Shown here: positions 10,557-23,654 of the stretch, one piece after another
Layout of the letters: every line of letters starts with the position of its first letter
Position numbering within the stretch: position 1 is the first letter of the stretch
Assembly (NCBI GenBank): GCA_023213395.1
Contig: CM041465.1
Coordinates: forward strand, 189,231,741 to 189,295,740
DNA length: 64,000 nt
Reading direction: 5' to 3'
From: Cycas panzhihuaensis
Taxonomy: Eukaryota > Plantae > Cycadophyta
Translations under genes and position numbers: made by a program
Notes under the pieces: model-generated
Database searches by the model: none
Seen by the model: the letters and a program-made list of their open reading frames with translations, nothing else
What the model was told of the DNA's origin: nothing

Positions 10557-11714
10557 TAATCTAATTTCAAATCCATTAAATCTATAATACTATTTAAAAA
10601 AGAATATAAAATATTTATATGGTACTTATTTTCATATGCCTAACTTTCTTTAGATGGAAAAATGCTATTCAGACTCTTAAAATACCAAAAAAATGCATTC
10701 TAGTGTGACCATGTTTTGGCTAATACAACTAGGCCTGTCTCTGATGTGATTACGCTAGTCCTTGGTATAATTAGGTTGGTCCCCAATATGATTAAGCCAA
10801 TCCTTAATATAACCAGGCTAATCTCAGGTATGACCATGCCTACCTTAGGTGCAACCAATCCCATTTTAGGTGCAACTAAGAAAATGGTAGCCCTCATAGA
10901 AAATATGATTTAATAGGAAAAACACACTCAATTTGACATAAAATTTTAGGAAAACATTCTTACAAGTATCCTCTATCTAATAGAAGAAAGAAATTAGAAG
11001 TTTTAACTAATTTAACTTAGTTTTTAATCAATTAATTAGATAATTAGAAAAATGGAAGAGATATAATAGAAAAATAATTTTAGAAGATGAATGGACTTTG
11101 GGAAGGTAGAAAAACTACCCAAATCTATATAGGAGGTAAGGAGAAGTGCCTAACAATCATATATATAGTGAGAGGAGAGAGGAAACCTAGGAAATAGCTT
11201 AAATTAGTATCCTAAACATGACAATTACTCTAAAACTAAGTCTACACAGGGAACAGATAAAAATAGAGGTATGAAAGTGGAATAGATGGGAAGGAGTAGA
11301 GAAGAAGTACCCAGATCTATTCATGAGACATATGAGGAGTCTAATAAGGCTTAGACATAGCTAGAGAAATTAGAAGATAGCTAGATCAATCTTAAGAAGA
11401 TGCCCAAGTTGGAAGATATCCCCAAAATGGTTTTGTGGCTGAATGGAGGGATAAACCTCACATCAGAGTCTCTAAAAAATATACCAGAGGGTATGCAGTA
11501 GCCAATATTATACCTAGCATTTATTTATCCAATCCGATATTATTGTAGTAGTGAAGAAAGTGCTTAATAGAGAAATATAAAACATAATATGTAAGAACAT
11601 TTCAAATATAAAAATGTATTGTATTGTATATTAATTATGAGTTGTTTCGATTAGAATAAATCTTTACCTTTCTATTCAATTCAAATCATTTAGCTATTGT
11701 AGAATTGCACATCA
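10557..11714 (+). repeat. 3' LTR of the CRM-like element (~1.16 kb)
   Basis: Follows aaaaagagatagttc; begins taat (TGAT decayed) and ends gcacatca. The minus-strand gag begins abruptly right after it. Confidence 0.7.
10700..10875. repeat. Degenerate 21-bp minisatellite (~8-9 units) in the CRM-like LTR
   Basis: Units such as tgatgtgattacgctagtcct, tggtataattaggttggtccc, taatataaccaggctaatctc, aggtatgaccatgcctacctt, aggtgcaaccaatcccatttt. Confidence 0.8.
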
Positions 11715-13457
11715 TCACTCCCATCTTAAGGACTTCCATCTATACCTCGAGCCATAAGGTGCTAACAAAGATATCCTTCTTATATTCTTTAGGAAAAGTT
11801 ACCTTAGAAGAATAGAGGAGGTCATGGAATTGCCTCACAAAGTCATGGTTGAGCTCCTCGCGGCCTTATTTAAGGGACAAAAGGGCTTTAAGCCCACTAT
11901 TGAAGGGCCTTGCCACATCAAAGTAGTTGATAAAATTGTCAACTAACTACTAAAAAATAAAAATAGAGTGGGTAGGAAGATAGTAGAACCATTTGAGGGT
12001 GTCTCCCTATAAGGATCTTGGGAATAGCTTTATAAGGATATGATTATAGGCCTAATAATTAATATGCACCATGGAAAAGCCCCTGACATATTTGATTAGG
12101 TTATACGAGGGAGTACCATCAAATTTAGAAACTCTGAGAGGATTAGGTAGTAGGTTGGTCTTAAGTGCCTTAATAGATAATGGGGTTAATTAATAGTCGA
12201 TAAAGGATCGAGCCCCCAATTGAGCTAATTGATTAACTTGAGAATATAGAGGAGGTGGGTATAATTACCCACCTTCAATATGCAAGAGGTAAGGGGTAGA
12301 ACAATAGAGGGGACACAAGGCTCCTTTTGATTGATGAGAAGGGAATACTCTCATATGGGAATGTATTAGGTAAGGAGGTGGATGAGGAGGTCCCAAACCA
12401 CCTCGAAGGTGTACCACATGGGTAGCAAAAAGGTGTGAGTATATTCCTATGGGGGTGAATGAATGGGATGGTGGAACATGAGGGGGAATTGATTCCCCTT
12501 GCAAACCAACTATATATGAGGTAGAATATGATGTGAGATATGTAGGATATAGGGTAGGGGCTTTTCCCATAAGATCTCATAATAGGAGGAGCAATCCCAT
12601 AGGGATGGAGTAGGTCCATCCCATAAGTAAGAAGGGAGTTTGATCCCCCATGCCCCTAAGGTTATGACATATACCTTAGGGGAATATAAAGTGAAGTGTC
12701 CATGAGTCATGGTTAAGGACGAATAGGAGTAAATACTTCATGTCCTAGATCATGGGGATATGGAGGTATCGAAGGAATATATGTATTAACCAACTATGAT
12801 ATAGTCATTCATAAAGAGGGTATGCTTGACATTATTTAGGAGGTTTACATATCATGAGGCATCCCTTGGATTAAGGGAGCATTCATAGATATGAAAGCCA
12901 TAGGAGTGGGCTTTAAAAGTGAGGAAGATATTAGTTATACTGATGTAAGAGGGATGGTAGTGGAAGAGGAGGGTGTTGTACTATGAAGGAAATACTCTAA
13001 TTACTTAGGAGGCAATTGAGCACTTATAACCTCAAAGCATTACCTTAATGTATCTATCACATCTCTAGGAAGAGTGTAAGCTTGATCATAGGAGTTGAAA
13101 GGTTTTACATATTGACTAGATCCTATAGAACGATCTATAGGAGCCCTCTCATTAGAGTGAGAGGGGTCCATGTGATAAGATCCCCCTATGTCATGTGTAG
13201 GAAGGCAGTGAAGGTTCGAATGGACTTCTGGTTGTTCATGTAGATAATATGATGGATCATCGCCACCATAGATGAGATCTTGATGGTGATAGGAAGCCTC
13301 AAGATAAGACCAATCAAGGGTGCTAAGATGGTATGCCTAATCAGATGGGTACCCCTCCATCGGTGACCTTGGGTTAGATGTAGTGATAGGGGAGTAAGAA
13401 GGCTCTACATCCAAAGTGGGGAGACTATGTAGGTGACAAGAGAAGTATCACATCCAT
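11715..13457 (-). pseudogene. gag (proline-rich N-terminus + retrotransposon gag core), decayed and truncated
   Basis: LRVSKFDGTPSYNLIKYVRGF...ILIKLFPRSL*GDTLKWFYYLPTHSI...LK*GREELNHDFVRQF at ~11830-12140. The start ATG at 13457 is tentative. Confidence 0.8.
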
Positions 13458-16400
13458 ATCTTGACTAAGGAACCTAAAAAGTAGAAGGATTAAACTAAAA
13501 GGAGAGTTTTAAAGTGATGCAACACCCTATAGGGTATTATATGGAAGGAAGGGGATAGTGTAAGGAAACCAAAGGAACCCTAAATTGTCCCTACTAGTAG
13601 GTCCCCAGTATGGTCACTAGTGAAGTGCACCTTCTTGGGATAATAATAGATAATTATATACCTATGGGCGATAGGCCTAGGGTGTAGGGGCCTAAAGAGA
13701 TGTGGTGAAGCTTCCATTTTCCCATAAAGGGTGTTCATACATCACTTGGGTGTAGATTTGGGACTTGCATGGCACATGTTCCCTTTTCCACATATAAGGT
13801 TTTGAGTTTTATGGTAATTAGGCATTTGAGATATAAGTGTCTTAGCTTCCCTAAGTTATTGGGTTGCCTAAGCAAGGCTTCTCCTATCCTCTTATGGCAA
13901 ATGGTCAATAAGATCTCCTCATAGGAAGATGCTATGGTAAAGAGGATAGACAAAGAAAGAAGATAGGTTTGGATTGTTCTCTTGCCTTGTTTTGAGTTAG
14001 AATGTGGTTGTATATATTACTTGAAGTTCCTTCTTAATGTAGGTTATTTGTATACCTATTATAAAAGAAAAGGAAGCAACTAAGTTATGCGAAAAGCAAA
14101 GTGCAAAAATACCAAGCCTTGCTCTCTTTACCCTCTCTTTTATTCTTTTCCCTTTTACAATTTTTTCTTAACTCAAAGCAAACTAAGAAGAAATGAAAAA
14201 CTAAGGGGGGATTTAAGGGGTAATAAAACTATGCAAACCTCCCTTTCTTTCTTCCTTTTTTCTCTTTGTTTTCTCTTCTTCTTTATTTTCTTTTAGAAAA
14301 AAATAAAAAAAGAGGGGTAGTGAATGTATGCAATAAAAAAGGGAGGTAAGGGGGATAAAGAAATGATGATAAACTATTCCTCTTTCTTTGTTCACTTTTC
14401 CCTTTTGCTAGTCCCCCTTTTTTATTGGTTTTTATCCCTTTTTCATTCTTTCTTTGTACTTTCCCTCTAAGCTTCCCCTTCCCTTTTTTTGTTTTACTTC
14501 TTTCCCTCTATGGTTAGCAATAAGAAATTATGTAACCAAAGAAAGATGGAAGGGAGGAAACCTACAAAAGGTAAAAATAGGAATAAAAAAGAGGAGATGG
14601 AGAATGTACCTATAATGGAGGTGACTGATAAGAATCATTTTTCCTTAACTTCAACTTGAAACCTATCTTTTGTTGTGCTATTGTGAAGTGAAAGGCTCTA
14701 CTTACCAACACCAAATTATACTAGTAACAAAACCTAAATAATGAAAATAACAAAGCCAAGAAATGACTAAAATAGGAGCGCTCACCTTGGAAGGTGTAAT
14801 CCACCTTTAGATCTTTTCGAACACCTTGGGAAACTTAACCTCCATCTTGTAGGCAAGTTAGAAAGTTGTCTAAAACAAGTAATATTTGTAATACTATCCA
14901 TAATATTATCTTCTATGTATTACCAAGAGAATTCATGCGCAACATGCAAGCATAAATATTCACCATAAAGAGATAAAGTATAAGAATAAACATGAAATCT
15001 AGAAAATGGGGATGAGGGGAGCCTCGAGATGGCACTATCCTCCCTAATATAAGTGGTTTCCTTGGTTAGGCCAAGGCAAACCCTCTAAAATCCCTATAGC
15101 TTATCAAATAATCAAGGAGAAAGAGGTGAAATATAGTAACAAGTTCTTAATACTAGCATTCAAGAAGTAAATGGGAGCATCAAAGTAATTACTACTGTAA
15201 AACCATTTCAACATAAGGCAACATGGCTAAAAATAGATAAATAAAGAGTGTGTACAAGGAAAAACCCAATACCATGCATCAAGGAGGGGGATTACCCAAG
15301 AGTGAGGGGTGAGTTGCAACTAATAACTACCCAAGTGAATCTCATTAAACCTCCTTGAGATTGTTGGTGGCCTCTTTCTAAGTCCTCTTTAAATGACATA
15401 GTAGTAATTCCTTAGTGCTCTAAGCTAAATTAAGTAGATCCCTATTGCATTAGTGTGTGATTATAGAGAATAGAATGAAAATCCACTAAATGAAGAGCCA
15501 AGAGAAGAATGTCTCCAAGAATGATCTTCTACATTAGTATGTATCATCAATCCTTGAACAAACAAAGCCAAGAATTAGAGTATTCCAAAGTGTTGAATCC
15601 TAAGAATGAGAATGTAGAACCAAAAAAAGTCCCTCTTTCTCAAAAATAAGGGATTTTATAGAAGAATTAAAGATGTTGGGGTGGTGGTTTCATGTGAGAA
15701 ACCATCACCAAGAAATCATGGATTTACCATGGCTTCATTCAAATAAATCCAGCCAAAAATTTAAAAAAATGGTAGTTTAATGGTTTGAGAGGCCTCCCTA
15801 GACCATTTTAGACTGACCTGGGCCTACCATAGCTTGTTAAGTTTGATAGGGAGGTAATAAATACTCAATTTAAATGTTGGTAGTTATAATTAACTATTGT
15901 AATAGTTGTACCATGGAGTTTTCTATGGTATTGTAAACTTATTTGTAGTACCATAAAATACCCTACGATACCACTATTGTCAATAAAAAATAATACAATA
16001 TTATGGTATTTTATTAAAAATTAACCTCAAAGCTACATATCATCAGTACTAGCTCTTGTAAACTAATCCTAAGGTCACCAAGTGATAGATTATATGGAGT
16101 CAAAGTAGAAAATAAAGTTGAACAAGTAGCCATGGGTCAAAAATCTATGAAAATAGAGTTACAGAGATAGTGGAGGGGTCACCTTGTCAAACATTAGGCC
16201 ATGATAGGGGCTTGGGGTCATTAGATCAAAGTCTTGATTATTATCTTTGTAGAGGAGGAGACAAGCAAATTGAACAAGCATCAAGCATGTATCAAAACAT
16301 CATTCTAATCTCGATAATAAAGCTCTAAAGTTGTAAGCGAAGGGAGAGATATATACCTTCACTTACCTATGTGATGTCATCTTCTAATCCATTCCTAATA

Positions 16401-16545
16401 GCCAATAAACACCATGTAAGAAATCTCAATTCATCCTTAATAAGGGAGAACACTCTATAAATATAGTATACTATATATAGGACTTGGGCAAGACTCAATG
16501 CATATCTTCTACTTATCACCCAATATGAAAAGAGGGGGAATAACA
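11715..16545 (-). mobile_element. 5' part of a Tat-like Ty3/gypsy element (5' LTR ~14717-16545, PBS-like ~14696-14713, leader, gag), cut by the CRM-like insertion
   Basis: TG start at 16545; LTR end followed by att-TGGtgttggtaagtagagc; gag motifs downstream on the minus strand. Confidence 0.75.
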
Positions 16546-18657
16546 CATAACCCTAATAATAGTATATTAGGAAGAGATGTTATAAGGTCTAGATAAAACA
16601 TTACCTTTAATAGCAATGAGGTTAAACTACCACTCTAAAAATCCACCTACTAAAGAGCCTAAACTATAGAAGTTCCCATCCCATACATGTGATGGGTGTC
16701 CTCCTCTGAGATCCTATTGTCCTACTCACTTAAGGGAAATGAAATAGTCACTAACGATGTAAAATTATAATGATCATCCACTCTAAAGCATTATTTATAA
16801 GATGAAACTATGGTAGATTTACCTCTAAGAATAAATGTTGATGAGGTTAAACTATAGTAATGACTCTCTTATCAAAGCCCCATTGATATGATGGGTAGTC
16901 AATTGTCATAATCAAGTTTAGATGTAGTTTTAAAAATTACTTTTTCTGTCCACTCTGATTCCATCCTAATGGAGCAATTATTACCACCACCACATCATAT
17001 ATAGTTCTCTCATCTAAATCTTGTATTGACATTAAAAGTCAACTCAATCTTTATTTTAGAATGCCACCATTTACCATCTTACTTTCTATTACAAGCTAGA
17101 GATTTTGGTGATAAGGGGACAAATGTTTCACCATATTGTAGCCTCTTATCATAATTAGGCTCATATCTAGGTTGCTTTCCTTAAGGTACTTGATGGTTAT
17201 CTCTTTTATATATGTATGGATATATTTTTTATAGTATGGATGGTCAGTACTTTGCTTATGATTTCTTATCTCAAGGTTTAATCTTGGATTTGGATAGATT
17301 TATCTTTTATTATATGATTTTAAGTTGTGAAATGATGACTGGATGATGGATTATATATGGTGGTGATTATGTCTTTGTTGATAACTGACATTATAGTGCA
17401 TTATATATCTTCTACTCAGTATAAATCCTACCTTGCTCTAAGTCCATCTCTTTTCATTTGATTTTTTGCCTATTGACATCCCATTATTTGATCAATTTTA
17501 TTCTTATTTTAATCATTTTTTTACCTTAATTTGAAATGATTTCATCATTATTTATGTATTATTTTTTACTTAGGACCCTTCAACAAGTTGATTTCTTCTA
17601 AAAATTTTATTTTTTCTATAGTTTTTTATTAATTTGGTCTATTACATTTTTTACTAGCTAAAAAATGTAACTTTCTTAATAAAATATAGCAATTATGTTT
17701 GATTAAAAAGTCATAATTTTTACTATCATACATATAAAAAATGATAGAAAACATTGATTTACATATTTATATCAATCTCGATAATCTAGAATCAGGGCAT
17801 GGAATTGCCTTACATACCCTAATTGCCTCATCTCCATCTTGGTCTTATCCGTGTAGTGATTTTATAGGTGGAGATCATTTAATCTATGGGGAAAAACTAT
17901 GGTATGCTTTCTCACTTTATTTTCCTTTTAGTCTCTATAAATCCCTATGATTTTTTAGAGTGGAGAGTAGAGTTTTAAGGAGAAATTTAAGAGAGCTTTT
18001 AAAGTAACATTATGTTGCCAAAATTTTTCCACACTATACTAGTTTTCCTTTGTTGTTTGAGACTTGATTGGAGACCTTTCTTCATAGGAAACTATTGATT
18101 CTATTGGGAGGATTAGAGGGCTACATTCACTATAATTATTGTGTAGTCCTCAGGCTCAACCTCTTACTCATCCATTAAGATCAGTCTTCTATAGATCCTG
18201 CTAGTTTTTTGCATCCATTTTACTCTCCTTCAACATCCTTTGGTATCACTCTTATCACTTTCATGGCTCCTTGGGCTTGGTGGTAATATACTAAGCAAAA
18301 GTAAGGCACCATTTTGAGGTATACTCTACTTATTTTACTCAAATTAAATGTAATTTTACTTGAATTAGTTTTTAGTTTCTAAAGTTAATGCATTATTTAT
18401 TTTATCTTTCAAAAACTATAAAAGGTGTCTTTCATTACTATTTTTAGCTTGCAATTCCATTGGAATCTAGTTGTTTTATTAGTTTCCTTGAGTGATAAAT
18501 CTTAGAATTAAACTAGTTTTTATTCTTGAGATTCAATCATCTTAGTCAAGTTGTTCGATGACTATTCTTAAATATTGAAATAGTTTCAATTTTTAATTAG
18601 AAAACTTCCTAAACTAACCATATTATTCCTATTTGTTCTATCCCATAAATCTTAACA
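16546..18657 (+). mobile_element. 3' UTR, PPT and 3' LTR (~17124-18657) of an OTA/Tat-like element
   Basis: Repeated gaggttaaacta motif (16618, 16843; also 5197 in the first Tat 3' UTR). PPT-like ataaggggacaaa then TGtttcacc at 17124; candidate end cccataaatcttaaCA. Confidence 0.5.
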
Positions 18658-18827
18658 AGCTTCATTGTGTGAAGAACCAAAATAAGATACACCAAACTTT
18701 TGGGAGGAGGTGGGGTGATAAGTAGAAAAAGATCTTTAAGCAAACTAGTTTTTTTCTTTTGCATAAGAGGTTTATTTTATACTACATGCTTGTTGTTATA
18801 ATCTTGATTAACTTATGGATTTACATA

Positions 18828-19133
18828 TGAAGTATGTTAATGTTGCAAGGTCATAGTATTAGTTTATTATTCCGAAAAGGGTCTTAAGTGAATATTAAAT
18901 TAAATCACTTAAGTGAAATGCACTTTCATGTATATTATATATAATTTCATCTCACTAGGGAAACCCCTAATTCTAATGGATCTCACTCATCAATATATAA
19001 AGTGATATCTCAATGGAAGAAAATAATTCTTACCTACCTATTATGGGAGCTCTTCTTACTCTCCATATTTCTCTTGCTCCTCTTATTTGCATATGTGTTT
19101 AGTGGTGGAATTGCATGCTAGATCCTACTTTCA
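18828..19133 (+). repeat. 5' LTR of copia element
   Basis: TGaagtatgttaatg...gatcctactttCA; direct repeat of 28538-28844. Confidence 0.95.
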
Positions 19134-19135
19134 TG

Positions 19136-19147
19136 TGGTATCAAAGT
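19136..19147 (+). promoter_or_regulatory. Primer-binding site (initiator tRNA-Met)
   Basis: tggtatcaaagt versus consensus TGGTATCAGAGC, 2 nt after the LTR end. Confidence 0.85.
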
Positions 19148-19704
19148 GAGCTTATGTCATATTCATCACTTGCACTTATAAAGGAGCCATCCCTTTCTTC
19201 TTCCCCAAAATCCATATGGTTATAGATATTGTGTGAGTGGATTTATAGATTTCTTAAGGTTTCATCATAATATATTTTGTATTATTTACTTTCCCTCCTT
19301 TTTTTTTGTAGGTTTTGGGAGCATAATACTAAGGAGTTATAAGGATCAAGGATTTTAATGCTTTGGTAGTCATTCCTTTATTTTCTCCATTCTTCTTTTC
19401 TTCTCCTATATTTTGTGCACTTGACAAAGGGAAATGCTATCATTTTTTTCTAGCATATGTAAGATTTATAAGTGAAAATATTGGTAAATTTTTACCAAAT
19501 TTTGATAAATTTGTAAGGGGATGTGCTATCTAAAATTTTAAAAAATTTAGAGCCATTTAAGATCCACATAATAAAATGCTCTCACCTTACCTAAATTAGG
19601 ATCCTAATGATTAGAAAATGATGGAAACTTCCTTAGTTGATGAGATATTTACAAATGCATATCATAGCTAATTTTTATCATAATAAATGTCTACTTGGTT
19701 AACT

Positions 19705-20075
19705 TCACAAGTCTACCAAAAATTTTGCAAAGCTCAAATTAACTTGCTTCTACTTAAAATATAAGTGACTTTGAATCCTTTTTCCAATAAAAAAAGAATC
19801 ACTTAATTTCATTACCTTGACAGAAAATTATTGATATTTTAGTGAATAAAGGTTATTTTCTGGTAAGGGTTTGGTAGAAATTTATTATGTTCACTTCATA
19901 GGACTACTAAAAATTCTACAAAGCTCCATTTGACCTAATTCTAGTTGCAATAAAGTAAGCTCTAAGTCCTTTTTCTGTCAAAAAAAGGATCAATTAATTT
20001 TAACTCAGGGGTAAAAATTTATCATCATTTTTGTAAATAAAGGTCATTCTTTAGCTAAGGATTATTAGAAACTTT
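19705..20075. repeat. ~190-bp degenerate tandem duplication in the copia leader
   Basis: aaattttgcaaagctcaaatt...aataaaggttattttct recurs as aaattctacaaagctccattt...aataaaggtcattcttt. Confidence 0.65.
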
Positions 20076-21065
20076 CAAAAAAATAAAAAAAAGTTTCAAA
20101 ACCCATTGTACAAAGTGAGTAGAAAAAAAGAAAAAAAAAACACCAAGATCAGAGCAATATCTATTACCCTCGCTTAGCATTTTATCGCTTGCAAAGTACT
20201 ACATGCACTACATTAAAATTTTAAATTTCATTGCATACTTTGAGGATTGATAAATCCACATTTTAACTTCCTAAAAGGAAACCTCAAACATACATTCTTT
20301 TTTGTACTATCTATACCTAGTCATATACTTGCCTTGGTTGAGATACCTTAGTTGGTAGAATCTATGTTGTAAAGGAAGTGTGGGCTATAAATATGGGTTG
20401 GACATAATTGAGATAGTGGTGAAGTTAAGGCTAACCATACTAATGAACTTCATTTAAGGATCATCCTAATAACCACCTAAGAAAACTAAAAACCTTAAAT
20501 GTAAGATAATTAATCTACTTGGTCTAATATTCATTATAGCCATGGGTATGGCCATATTGTTTAACTCTTTAGATTAGGTATATCATTACTCATTATTAAA
20601 TGGGATAAGGATTGTAAGCACTTAAGTTTCATTGTGACTTGTATTTCATCATCTAGTGTAGTTGTAGGTATCCGTAGTGAAGGCCTTAATTCATACATCT
20701 ATAGAGACTTCCATCTTTTTTGACATCTCATCTAGTTTGGACTCAAGTTGTGGTTACTAGATTTTCACACATCCTACTTATGGAATTTAATTATACGCCT
20801 TAGTAATATAGGTTCTTATCCTCCTTATCTTATATATCTTAGCCACTCTCATCTCTTTAGTGATTATAGTGCTTCATATCTCATAGTAATTCTTCATATT
20901 CCTACTATATTAGGACTTTATTATCATAAATGTTGATGACTTCCCATACTTCTTCACCTCACCTCATATCCTACTACACTAGGATATTACACTTAGAGTT
21001 ACTCCTCTTACCCTGCTATGTTAGGGCTTGAGATTGCTCCTACCTAGGGTACCTAAGATAACTTA

Positions 21066-23465
21066 CACATGAAGGGGTTAGGCCGAGGGTGTGGGACCTA
21101 GAAGGAGGCATAAAGAGGTATTAAGTAGCCCATGTATAGTGCTCAAGCACCACATAAGTATAGATTTAGGAATACATGGGTGCAATCCCTCCCTTTTGCT
21201 TAGGGCTTTTAAGGAAAAAGGCATGGTTGGGCAATCTCCCTTGGTAAGGGGCTGACACCACAATAAGAAAGGGGGAGGAAGAGGAGAAAAGAGAGAGAAT
21301 AAAGAGGTAAATAAGCCAAAACCTACTTAGTTAGGAAAGAAGGGTGTGGTTAGGTTTCTTTCCTATGTTGTAAGGTTATTTAGTAATTAGAGCAATAAAA
21401 AGAATAAGAAGGGAATGTAAAACAAATAATAGACTTCACTCTCCTTTCCTTTTATCACTCTACTCTCTTTTTTTTTTTTTCTCCTTTGAGACAATATGCA
21501 AGCTAATTAAATGGAAAGGAAGAGATGCAAGTAAGAGGAAGAACAAAGATGGGAAAAAGTTAAGAATCTTTCCTTATGTATAACCCTAACCCAAAAATCC
21601 TCCATGTTATTGATATTTTCTTTGTTGAAATAAAAAGAGGAACAAATATATTTCCTTTCCTACAAATTAGCTTCTTTTATGTCCCATAATGCAAGTAAAA
21701 TCCTTTTTTACTCTCTTACTCCCTTTTTAGTGAGCATGTAACTAAGAAGGAAGAAAATCAATAAGGGGGAGGAGCTCTTGTAATGGGGGTATAGGGTATG
21801 AATAATTATAAGAAACATAAAATAGAAAAGGAGGAGAAGAAAGGGGTGCAGCCAGGTCTATGTAGACGGTTGATGGTACCACTCCTCCTTGCTTTTCCTT
21901 GATTGAGAACAATAACATCTACCCCTAGGGTTAAGATGTGTACCCTAGAGGAATGTAGAGTGGGAGGTCCATAGGTTGTAGCCATGGATAGATGGGAGTC
22001 ATCCCCCTATATCCCATATGGAATATGGAAAAGGGCATGGTTGAAGGATAAGAAGGGGTAAGTGCAGTAGTAGGCTAGGGTATACTAGTCATAGTGAGGG
22101 TATAGTCACTCTCATATGAGGAGTTTGTATACCTAAGGCAACCAATTGGCTAAGAGAGGTACATATGGAAACATGCCCTATAGAAATTACTTCTTGTAGG
22201 GTAAGCATATATAAATATATATGCAACCATATGTAATATATGATAGAATAGCAGTAAAAATAAATAAGGGATAAGGAGAAGAGGAGTGCCTTGAAATGGC
22301 ATGGCCTCCCCTATAAGGGTGGCTCCCTTAGTTGTACTAAAGAGAGCCTTCCCACCATGTACCTACAACTTAGTGGAAAATATATAGACAAGAAGGAAGG
22401 AAAGGCCAAGTAAAACCAATCCTACCTTCTATTATTACAACAAAAGGAAATAACTACCCAAATTCTAAACAACCCTAGTTATGTAATAACAAACAATAAT
22501 AAAGTAAGGGGAGAAGAGTAAGAGAGAGTCTCATACAATGAAAAACCAAGGTTGGATGGGGGATGCCCAATCCAATGGAAAGGAAGTAATGGCCACCTAA
22601 TGTGATGCTCTCCAAAGCTCCTTTGTTTATATTAGGATTGATCTTCAAATGTTCCTTTGTTTATATTAGGACTTATGATAGAGTTTTGACATCATTTTGG
22701 TATGGAAGATATATGATATTATAAGATGTCCCTGCCCTCAAATTGGAGCATTTTTATAAAAAAGAATAAGATGAGATGGTGATGGTTTCATGTCCACAAG
22801 GTGAAGAAACCACCACCCAAAACCATAGATGGAGCCAAAAAATTAAATAAATAATAGAGTTGGAGGCCCACTTAGGTTCCCTAGGGTACAATAAGCCAAC
22901 TTGGGCTGATGTGATACCCCAAGCCTACCAAGCAAAGCAACAAAAGTGCTATCTAATTGTCGAAGGTGTTGTTAGGTGGCTAAATAATCATACTATGACC
23001 AAACTTATGGTACTGTAGATTTGGCCATGGTACCATAGATTTATCTATGGTACTATTGTCTATAATAAAAAGGGATATGGGATGTAGGAAAAGGAAAAAT
23101 GAAACCTAAAACCTATCCTAAGGCCATTCTAACTCCCAAAAATAGACCCTAAGGTCTAAAATAGTGGGTGACTAATGGGTGTGAGGGGAAAATGCGGTTA
23201 TAAAGAAAGGACGAGGCTAGAAGGTGAGTTGTAATGCCATGGAGGAGATCCCCCTTTTCCAATTGATCAACTAGTGAGGGGCTCTAAAGTGATCATACTA
23301 GAGTCCTGGTCATCATAGGTAGAAAGGAAGACATAAGCAAGCCAAATATATAAACAAGCAGACATCTAATAACCAATAAAATGCATGTTATAAGAGCAAC
23401 ATAAGTAATGTAATAGAGGTGAAGATGCATATATGTACTTACTTATGTTGTTGTGGTAATGACGG
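21066..23465 (-). mobile_element. Fragment of Tat-like LTR + leader embedded in the copia leader
   Basis: Homologous to 13670-16380: ccttgaaatggcatggcctcccctataag vs cctcgagatggcactatcctccctaatataag, and gtgatggtttcatgt..agaaaccaccac vs gtggtggtttcatgtgagaaaccatcac. Boundaries approximate; no TSD seen. Confidence 0.7.
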
Positions 23466-23654
23466 TCCTAAGAGAAAGGAAATAGAGCCTCATAATCAAG
23501 AAACCTTCTAATTACTCTATATTTCTTTATTTTGCTATTATGTATTTTACTTTATCTCATTCTTTCTCATATCTTATTTATATCATGATTGACCAATTAT
23601 TGCCTCTTACTTTTCTATAATTCCCTCATTGACTTTACCCTTCTTATAGACATC

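Larger units (their letters stand above)
7958..11714 (+). mobile_element. 5'-truncated Ty3/gypsy chromovirus, CRM-like (RT-RH-INT + 3' LTR)
   Basis: CRM-type RT/RH/INT motifs; purine tract at ~10542-10553; LTR bounded by T(G>A)AT...ATCA. Confidence 0.85.

Noticed and set aside
10700-10875. Regularly spaced ~21-bp units as a CRISPR-like array (also 6017-6061)
   Set aside because: Units are adjacent with no unique spacers, there are no cas genes, and the context is a eukaryotic LTR.
10700-10913. Two overlapping 65-aa ORFs on opposite strands
   Set aside because: By-products of the 21-bp tandem repeat in an LTR; no protein motif.
5341-16555. cccta at 5341 and 16551 as a TSD around an 11-kb unit with inverted LTR ends
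   Set aside because: The right copy is offset by 5 bp from the LTR terminus, and the two LTRs are opposite in orientation and strongly diverged; probably chance.
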